58,895 nt of DNA from Patescibacteria group bacterium (lineage in GTDB: Bacteria; Patescibacteriota; Microgenomatia; Levybacterales; UBA12049), in the NCBI GenBank assembly GCA_036392095.1, contig DASVYQ010000110.1:1-58895 (forward strand). Reading direction: 5' to 3'. How positions within the stretch are numbered: position 1 is the first letter of the stretch; every line of letters begins with the position of its first letter. Shown in pieces: positions 52,834 through 58,895 of the stretch. A program made the translations under genes and the position numbers. Under the pieces are notes generated by a model that had not been told where the DNA came from, did no database searches, and was given only the letters and a program-made list of their open reading frames with translations.

Positions 52834-54648
52834 ATGGAAATACAACAAAAAGTAGAACAAATTATTAAAAAAATTAGTGGGGAAGATGTAACAGCTACGT
52901 TAACAATTCCAGAAGACGTTACCCATGGGGATTACACAACTAACGTAGCCTTTGGGTTATCTAAAATTTTAAAGAAAAATCCTTTTGAAATTGCTCAGGA
53001 TATTGCAACACAGTTGCAAAAAGAAATGGGAGAAGAATTCTCAAAAATAGAAGCAGTAAAACCTGGGTTTATTAACTTTTGGTTTTCAAACATATTTTTA
53101 TTTCAAAAAGCAACACAAATTGCAGAAAATAAAGAAACGGTTGGGAAGACAAGTGCTCTTGCAGGTAAAAAAATAGTTGTTGAATTTACAGATCCAAATC
53201 CTTTTAAAGAATTCCACATTGGTCACTTATATACAAATACTGTTGGAGAATCATTGGCTAGAATTTTGCAGACAAACAGTGCAATTGTATGGCGCGCAGA
53301 TTACTTTGGAGATGTTGGTATGCATGTTGCAAAAGCATTATGGGGACTTGAGACCATGTTTAAAGAAGATAGTACTTCAATGCAGGATTTAGCTCAAAAA
53401 GACTTAAAACAAAGAATTGAATATTTTGGAAAAGCATATGCAAAAGGCGCTACAGCATATGAAGAAGACAAAACTGCAGCAGAAGAAATGAAAAAATTAA
53501 ATAAATTAATCTATATTGCTGCACAACGCATGTGGCAAAAAGAAAAAAATCTTGTTCCACAAATTGATTATGTTAAAGGAGAACAATTAGATGAGACTCG
53601 ATTGCAGCAAGTGTATGACATGTATGTGCAGGGTAGAAAATGGAGTCTTGCATATTTTGACAGCATTTACGCACGAGTACATATGCAATTTGACGGCTAT
53701 TACCCAGAGAGTATTGCCGGAGAAAAAGGCTACACATTGGTAAAAGAACATATTGCAGACGGTGTTTTTGAAATGCATGACGGTGCAGTTGTATTTAGAG
53801 GAGAAGGTCAAGGACTGCACACCCGTGTGTTTATCAACTCACTTGATTTACCAACTTATGAAGCCAAAGAGTTAGGCCTTGCTCCATGGAAGTACGAAGA
53901 TTTTAAGTACGACCAATCAATTATTGTCACAGGCAATGAAATTAGAGAGTATTTTAAAGTACTCATTGCAGCAATGCTCAAGGTCGCACCGGAATTAGGC
54001 AAAAAAACCCAGCATTTGCCTCATGGCATGGTCAGACTTCCTGAGGGCAAGATGAGTAGTAGAACCGGTAAAATTATAACCGGTGAGTGGCTTCTAGATG
54101 AGGCTCACAAAAGAGCTTTAGAAAAAATTGCAGAGGCAAAGCATAACCAAACACAAATCCCAACAGCAGAGCAAGATGCTGTGGCAGAATTGGTTGGGGT
54201 TGGGGCAATAAAGTATGCATTCTTAAAAAGTGCCATTGGCAAAGATATTGAGTTTAATTTTGATGAGTCCGTTAGCTTTGAAGGCAATGCAGGACCATAT
54301 TTGCAGTACAGCTATGTAAGAACCCAAAGTATCTTAGACAAAGCGCCAAAAAACCTTTCTATGCCTCAAAATTACCAAACAAACGCAGACGAGGAGTTGC
54401 TTTTGAGAAGACTTATTCAGTTTGACTCAATTGTTCATGACGCAGGAAAGCACTTGTCTCCAAGCTTAATTGCAGGGTATATTTATGAGCTTGCCAAAGA
54501 GTTTAGTGTGTTTTACCAGAACAACAGAATTGCCGACGCAAGCCAAGAAAACCAGGTTAGCTTTAGGGTTTTGTTAACCCAGGCTGTTGGCAATGTGTTA
54601 GAGAAGGGGTTATCTCTTTTGGGCATTGAAGCCCCAAAACACATGTGA
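52834..54648 (+). CDS. argS: Arginine--tRNA ligase
   Basis: It has a HIGH motif (FHIGHLYTNTVGE), the MSSRTGK variant of KMSK and an anticodon-binding C-terminus. I prefer the ATG at 52834 (MEIQQKVEQI); the track uses 52798. Confidence 0.95.
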   Translation: MEIQQKVEQIIKKISGEDVTATLTIPEDVTHGDYTTNVAFGLSKILKKNPFEIAQDIATQLQKEMGEEFSKIEAVKPGFINFWFSNIFLFQKATQIAENKETVGKTSALAGKKIVVEFTDPNPFKEFHIGHLYTNTVGESLARILQTNSAIVWRADYFGDVGMHVAKALWGLETMFKEDSTSMQDLAQKDLKQRIEYFGKAYAKGATAYEEDKTAAEEMKKLNKLIYIAAQRMWQKEKNLVPQIDYVKGEQLDETRLQQVYDMYVQGRKWSLAYFDSIYARVHMQFDGYYPESIAGEKGYTLVKEHIADGVFEMHDGAVVFRGEGQGLHTRVFINSLDLPTYEAKELGLAPWKYEDFKYDQSIIVTGNEIREYFKVLIAAMLKVAPELGKKTQHLPHGMVRLPEGKMSSRTGKIITGEWLLDEAHKRALEKIAEAKHNQTQIPTAEQDAVAELVGVGAIKYAFLKSAIGKDIEFNFDESVSFEGNAGPYLQYSYVRTQSILDKAPKNLSMPQNYQTNADEELLLRRLIQFDSIVHDAGKHLSPSLIAGYIYELAKEFSVFYQNNRIADASQENQVSFRVLLTQAVGNVLEKGLSLLGIEAPKHM

Positions 54649-54703
54649 TAAAATGGCTCATACAAGCTCAAACTAGAGCAAAGTAAGTAATACTTACCTT
54701 CAT

Positions 54704-55978
54704 ATGCAGTATACAAAAAAGGTTCTAAAAAATGGATTAAGGCTCATTGTAGTCCCTATGGAATCTTTTGAAAGTGCAACAGTCCTCGTTATGGTTGGAG
54801 CAGGAGCCCGCTTTGAAAACAAACAAAATAATGGAATTTCTCACTTCTTAGAACACATGGCATTTAAAGGAACAGAAAAACGTCCAAGTGCTATTGCAAT
54901 TGCCGGAGCAATTGATGGTATTGGCGGGGAATTTAATGCCTTTACAGACAAAGAAATAACCGGTTACTACGTAAAAGCAAACGCAGCACATGTAGAACTT
55001 TGTATAGATATTTTGTCTGACATGTTGCAAAATTCAAAATTTGATGCAACAGAATTAGACAAAGAGCGGGGAGTTATTATTGAAGAAATTAACATGTACG
55101 AAGATTCTCCAATGCAAAAGCTTTCAGATATTTATGAGGAACTTTTGTATGGAGACACACCAATGGGTTGGGATGTTGCCGGAACAAAAGACGTTATTAG
55201 AAGTGTTAAGCGAGAAGATTTTCTTTCCTATATGAATTCTTTATATAGTCCAAGTAACATGACTGTTGTTGTTGCAGGAGGAGTAAAAGTAGAAGAAGTA
55301 GAAAAAATGGTAGAGAAATATTTCTCAAAAATGAAAGCTTTTGATACTGTACGATACGATAAAGTTATAGATAGTCAGGAAGAGCCAAAGGTTTTGTTAA
55401 AGCCTAAAAAAACAGAACAGGTCCATATTGCAGTTGGAGTCAGAACTGTTTCTATGCACCATGAAGATAGATATGCATTGCAGGTTTTAGCATCACTTCT
55501 AGGTGGAGGAATGAGTAGCAGATTGTTTGAAGAAGTCAGAGAAAAACGAGGGTTAGCATATTATGTGTACAGTAGATCAATGATGTTCTCAGATTGCGGA
55601 AGTTTTGTTTCTCAAGCAGGAGTTGACCCAAAACGAGTTAAAGATGCAATTGAGGTTATTGTTGCCGAATATAAAAGAATAACAAAACCAGGCAACATTA
55701 CTGCACAAGAATTAAAAAAAGCAAAAGAATATCTTAAAGGCCATTTTGTTTTAGGGTTAGAAGATTCAGAAACAGTTGCAAACTACTATGCAAAACAAGA
55801 AATCTTAGAAGGCGGAAAATTACAAACTCCAGTTGAAAAATTAGAAAAAATTGATAGCGTTACTGCAGAGCAGGTAGAAAAAGTTGCACAAAAATACTTT
55901 ACAGAAAAAACACTTAATTTAGCTGTAATTGGTAATTTTGAGGATGGACAGGAATTTAAATCCCTGTTAAAATTATAA
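54704..55978 (+). CDS. M16 family (pitrilysin-like) zinc peptidase
   Basis: It has the HxxEH motif in GISHFLEHMAFKGT and is 424 aa. Confidence 0.9.
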   Translation: MQYTKKVLKNGLRLIVVPMESFESATVLVMVGAGARFENKQNNGISHFLEHMAFKGTEKRPSAIAIAGAIDGIGGEFNAFTDKEITGYYVKANAAHVELCIDILSDMLQNSKFDATELDKERGVIIEEINMYEDSPMQKLSDIYEELLYGDTPMGWDVAGTKDVIRSVKREDFLSYMNSLYSPSNMTVVVAGGVKVEEVEKMVEKYFSKMKAFDTVRYDKVIDSQEEPKVLLKPKKTEQVHIAVGVRTVSMHHEDRYALQVLASLLGGGMSSRLFEEVREKRGLAYYVYSRSMMFSDCGSFVSQAGVDPKRVKDAIEVIVAEYKRITKPGNITAQELKKAKEYLKGHFVLGLEDSETVANYYAKQEILEGGKLQTPVEKLEKIDSVTAEQVEKVAQKYFTEKTLNLAVIGNFEDGQEFKSLLKL

Positions 55979-55984
55979 ACATAT

Positions 55985-56452
55985 ATGATGGGTCGAAGTG
56001 TTGTATTAATAAAACCAGATGGAGTCCAAAGAGGATTAGTCGGCGAAGTAATTAAACGATTTGAACAAAAAGGTCTTCACTTAGTTGGCCTTAAAATGAT
56101 CTCCTTAACAGATGCAATTTTAGATGAATGGTATGTGCATCACAAAGACAAGCCATTTTTCCCAAGTCTTAAAGCATACATGATGAGTTATCCAGTTGTC
56201 GCAATGCTTTGGGAAGGAATAGAGGCAGCAACAACAATTAGAACTCTTTTAGGTGTTACCAAAGGTCGAGCAGCAGCAGCAGGAACAATTAGAGGAGACT
56301 TTGCAATGAGTCAACAATATAATTTAGTTCATGCATCAGAATCAGATGAAGCAGCAGAAAAAGAACAAAGTCTTATTTTTACAGAAGAAGAAATCTTTCC
56401 ATGGATGAAAATTGATCTTTCTCAAATCTACGCAGAAGAAGAACTAAAATAA
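55985..56452 (+). CDS. ndk: Nucleoside-diphosphate kinase
   Basis: Motifs are RSVVLIKPDGVQRGLVGEVIKRFEQKGL and NLVHASES, the latter containing the catalytic His. Confidence 0.95.
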   Translation: MMGRSVVLIKPDGVQRGLVGEVIKRFEQKGLHLVGLKMISLTDAILDEWYVHHKDKPFFPSLKAYMMSYPVVAMLWEGIEAATTIRTLLGVTKGRAAAAGTIRGDFAMSQQYNLVHASESDEAAEKEQSLIFTEEEIFPWMKIDLSQIYAEEELK

Positions 56453-56488
56453 GATACGCTCAATCTTCGATTATCTTTCTTAAAAACG

Positions 56489-56971
56489 CTATTCGGATTT
56501 TGCCGCTTTATAGTGTCTGTATAAAATAATTCCTACCACGAAAAGTATGGTATTTATTGCCTCAGAGAGTAGGCAATATTGACAAAATGCATGCAAAACA
56601 AATGCTTGAATTGCAACTAAAATAATAGAAATAACCATGGCACTAGAAACAAAAAGCAGCACTAGTTGAAGCCAAATTTTATGTTTTTCTTGCCACAAAA
56701 GCAATAAAGTTGCAATAAGAGCAGCATAATACAACGCCCCAATTAGTGCTATTGGAATTCCAAAAAATGTTGCATACTGACTGGTTAACACAACCTCACA
56801 ATTGGTAACTGCAGAGCAGGGAGGAATAACGTTTTTGTAATGTTCAATTGTTAAATATGTTGCATCTAAGAAGCCAGCAAAACCAAAAAAGACCATGAAA
56901 AAGAGTAGTCTAAGAGTGCTTTTATTTAGATGTGTCAAGCGCGTCTTGAATATGCTGTTTAAATGCATCAT
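56489..56971 (-). CDS. Vitamin K epoxide reductase (VKOR) family membrane protein
   Basis: It has a loop Cys pair (PPCSAVTNCEVV) and a CQYC redox motif in the last TM helix. The start is uncertain. The ATG at 56971 overlaps the end of the DsbA gene by 50 nt, and the longest ORF reaches 57049. Confidence 0.7.
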   Translation of the reverse strand: MMHLNSIFKTRLTHLNKSTLRLLFFMVFFGFAGFLDATYLTIEHYKNVIPPCSAVTNCEVVLTSQYATFFGIPIALIGALYYAALIATLLLLWQEKHKIWLQLVLLFVSSAMVISIILVAIQAFVLHAFCQYCLLSEAINTILFVVGIILYRHYKAAKSE

Positions 56972-57668
56972 AGCTTTGTGGATTTTGAATGGATTTGCCG
57001 TTAATAAAGAAGGTAGGTGTTGAATTAATGCCAATTGCAGTACCAGCATCTTCTTCTTTATTAATAAAATCTTTTGTACTTTGTGCTTGCATATCGGCTG
57101 TAAATTTAGCTGTATCCATGCCTAAATCTTTTGCATAGCCCACATAAATATTGGTTGGATCAGTAACTTCTGCCCAATCATTTTGGTGATTAAATAATTG
57201 GTCATCCATTTGCCAGAACTTGCCTTGTAAATATGCCGCATAACCTGCTGTTGCAGAGGCAAAACCATTTCTATGGATTGTTGTTAGCGGGAAAAATCTA
57301 TAGACAAACAAGACTTTGCCGTCATAATCTTTCATAAGTTGATTAATTAATGGGTGATAGGCAGCACAAGCAGGGCATTGAAAGTCTGCATATTCAATTA
57401 AGGTAACTTTTGCGTTTTTAGGTCCGAGTGTCATGTCAGAACTGGTAACTGCAGGCGCTGTCATGGTAGGAGTAGTGGGAGCTGATGGTGCATTAACTAA
57501 GGCTATTAATCCCCAAACGCTTACTGCAACAATTGCTAATGCGCCAACCCAAATACCAAGCTTTTTTAATCCTTTCATTTGTTGATCTTTAGCCATTTTT
57601 TGTTCCCATTCTTGGCGTTCTTGCTTTCGTTGCTCTTTCATTTGTGCTTTAGTAAGTTTTTCGTCCAT
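56922..57668 (-). CDS. DsbA-family thioredoxin-fold thiol:disulfide oxidoreductase, membrane anchored
   Basis: It has an N-terminal TM helix, a CPAC active site (YADFQCPACAAYHP) and a DsbA-like C-terminus (INSTPTFFINGK). Confidence 0.85.
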   Translation of the reverse strand: MDEKLTKAQMKEQRKQERQEWEQKMAKDQQMKGLKKLGIWVGALAIVAVSVWGLIALVNAPSAPTTPTMTAPAVTSSDMTLGPKNAKVTLIEYADFQCPACAAYHPLINQLMKDYDGKVLFVYRFFPLTTIHRNGFASATAGYAAYLQGKFWQMDDQLFNHQNDWAEVTDPTNIYVGYAKDLGMDTAKFTADMQAQSTKDFINKEEDAGTAIGINSTPTFFINGKSIQNPQSYDAFKQHIQDALDTSK

Positions 57669-57749
57669 GTGAGTACTATAATTGCAAGTTTTTTAAAAAA
57701 ATGCAACCAGGAAGTTATATGGGAGTTTTTGTACATATACAATATAGAG

Positions 57750-57821
57750 TCGGGGTGCTGGGAATTGAACCCAGTGGCTCTGCGTCCCGAACGCAGCATG
57801 ATACCGATTCACTACACCCCG
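57750..57821 (-). tRNA. tRNA-Pro (anticodon CGG)
   Basis: The minus strand reads CGGGGTG-TA-GTGA...TCAT-G-CTGCG-TTCGGGA-CGCAG-AGCCA-CTGGG-TTCAATT-CCCAG-CACCCCG-A. No CCA is encoded. Confidence 0.9.
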
Positions 57822-57866
57822 AGTGTTTCTAATTTTACAATTACCTATGTTACAATACAACAGCAG

Positions 57867-57943
57867 GTCCTCGTAGCTCAGTTGGATAGAGCAGGCCCGT
57901 CCTAAGGGCAAGATCGGAGGTTCGACTCCTCTCGAGGACGCCA
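57867..57943 (+). tRNA. tRNA-Arg (anticodon CCU), CCA encoded
   Basis: The sequence reads GTCCTCG-TA-GCTC-AGTTGGATA-GAGC-A-GGCCC-GTCCTAA-GGGCA-AGATC-GGAGG-TTCGACT-CCTCT-CGAGGAC-G-CCA. The anticodon stem has a 27:43 G/A mismatch. Confidence 0.88.
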
Positions 57944-57948
57944 GACAT

Positions 57949-58656
57949 ATGCAACCAATGACAAAAGCAGAAATAATCAGATTCTTGGTGCTTCGAAGCA
58001 TTGGAAATTTTCTCATTCTTTTTGCTTGTTTTGGTGTCGCATTTACCTTTGGTCCTGCAATTTACCAAGAAGCACGTTTTAGAATAAATCAAGCTCGGGG
58101 AGTGACCTATGTTGTTGGGGATCCAACAACCACATCTGCGCAAACAGCACAATCACAAGGATCAACAGATCAATTAAACAGTTTGTTTGTTAATTCAAAT
58201 CAAGTTGTCATGATTCCAAAGGATACGAATTTTTCCGTTTTAATTCCAAAAATAGGAGCAAATGCAGAGGTCATTGCAAATGTTGATCCTTCAAATGAAA
58301 AAGAATATTTAGATGCTCTTAAAAAAGGAGTTGCTCATGCAAAAGGAACGGTTTTTCCGGGTATGCAGGGAACAACGTATTTATTTGCTCACTCAACTGA
58401 CAGCTTTTTAGATGTAAGCCGTTATAATGCAATTTTCTTCTTGCTTAAAGATTTGGTTCCTGGCGATGCAGTATCGGTTTTCTTTGCTAATAAACGCTAT
58501 GATTATACTGTTGAAAAAACCGTAATTATTGATCCAACAGATGTTTCATACTTAACTAATGCACAAAATACATCAGAACAACTTATTCTGCAAACATGTT
58601 GGCCTCCGGGGACAACATTTAAACGACTTCTTGTTATCGCAAAGCCGGTTCACTAA
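57949..58656 (+). CDS. Sortase family transpeptidase
   Basis: It has an N-terminal TM anchor, the catalytic His in YLFAHS, the Cys in LILQTCWPPG and the Arg in FKRLLVIAKP. Confidence 0.8.
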   Translation: MQPMTKAEIIRFLVLRSIGNFLILFACFGVAFTFGPAIYQEARFRINQARGVTYVVGDPTTTSAQTAQSQGSTDQLNSLFVNSNQVVMIPKDTNFSVLIPKIGANAEVIANVDPSNEKEYLDALKKGVAHAKGTVFPGMQGTTYLFAHSTDSFLDVSRYNAIFFLLKDLVPGDAVSVFFANKRYDYTVEKTVIIDPTDVSYLTNAQNTSEQLILQTCWPPGTTFKRLLVIAKPVH

Positions 58657-58775
58657 ACAAGTTCTTGTTGTCTTTTACACGGTCATTTCTAAGAAACGAA
58701 ATGTCGTATTTGCACTTCGCTAGATTTCTCGATAGACCTCAAATGACAAAAAGTAATTAGATGAACAAAAGAGGA

Positions 58776-58895
58776 TTACTGTAGTCCTACGGTGTAGAGG
58801 TTTGGAGTTGTATCTGTATTTCCAAGATTTGTTAACATAACAAATTTGCCACCTGTTGGCCATGGGAAAACAAAGTGATCAAAAAATGGACCTGC
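58776..58895 (-). CDS. 3' end of an unidentified gene running off the window
   Basis: The minus strand is open from the window edge and translates as AGPFFDHFVFPWPTGGKFVMLTNLGNTDTTPNLYTVGLQ, then stop (TAA at 58778-58776). Only 39 codons are visible. Confidence 0.3.
   Translation of the reverse strand, partial: AGPFFDHFVFPWPTGGKFVMLTNLGNTDTTPNLYTVGLQ

Noticed and set aside
57579-58152. Three ORFs of 100-108 aa (57579-57905 plus strand, 57693-58016 minus strand, 57850-58152 minus strand)
   Set aside because: All run across the tRNA-Pro and tRNA-Arg genes and the ends of the dsbA and sortase genes. They have no coding-like features.
1-58895. CRISPR arrays, diversity-generating retroelements (TR/VR plus reverse transcriptase), transposases, toxin-antitoxin pairs and known defence genes
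   Set aside because: I saw no regularly spaced direct repeats. No reverse transcriptase-like or transposase-like ORF appears in the track, and there are no adenine-specific repeat pairs near the 3' ends of the surface genes. A by-eye scan cannot exclude short or degenerate elements.

Overview
AT-rich, very compact bacterial chromosome segment read with the standard code. Many genes overlap by 1-4 nt, and two convergent gene pairs share their stop codons. The gene content looks most like a Candidate Phyla Radiation / Patescibacteria (Microgenomates-like) genome: sortase with LPXTG-type substrates, DsbA+VKOR, ComEA plus a short ComEC, many TPR-fused GT-C membrane glycosyltransferases, and one 10-kb surface-protein gene. 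That taxonomic call is inference only. Housekeeping content is rho, leuS, argS, ndk, an M16 peptidase, a LysM/M23 peptidase and four tRNAs (Ala-CGC, Ala-GGC, Pro-CGG, Arg-CCU). Almost everything else is cell-surface biology. (i) 4.6-10.2 kb holds a glycan-tailoring cassette: three paralogous membrane-anchored SGNH-type enzymes around a carbamoyltransferase, a small membrane protein and an unlisted 59-aa DUF5989/SxtK-like ORF. (ii) 10.4-26.8 kb is an island of eight polytopic GT-C-like membrane proteins, three of them TMTC-like and most fused to TPR repeats, plus a Thr/Pro-rich LPGTG-anchored protein. (iii) 26.8-36.8 kb is a ~3,300-aa gene: two cytoplasmic recombinase core-binding-like domains with no catalytic domain, one TM helix, and ~2,900 aa of tail-fibre-like, lectin-like and YadA-head-like modules. 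(iv) 38.8-43.6 kb is a five-gene operon of unannotatable secreted and anchored proteins whose layout mirrors Csc/WxL cell-surface loci of Lactobacillales. (v) The remainder holds comEA-comEC, a two-component operon with Pro/Thr/Gln-rich tails, DsbA+VKOR and a sortase. Non-coding observations are DnaA-box-like clusters at the left edge and at 38.56 kb, a perfect 21-bp inverted repeat pair bracketing 9.36 kb, a 53-nt identical tract between two diverged paralogs, and two unusually long AT-rich spacers. I saw no rRNA, CRISPR array, transposase, catalytic integrase or reverse transcriptase. The best candidates for an undescribed system are the giant recombinase-headed fibre together with its GT-C/TPR island, and the Csc-like five-gene operon. 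All homology calls come from motif recognition by eye; no searches were run.
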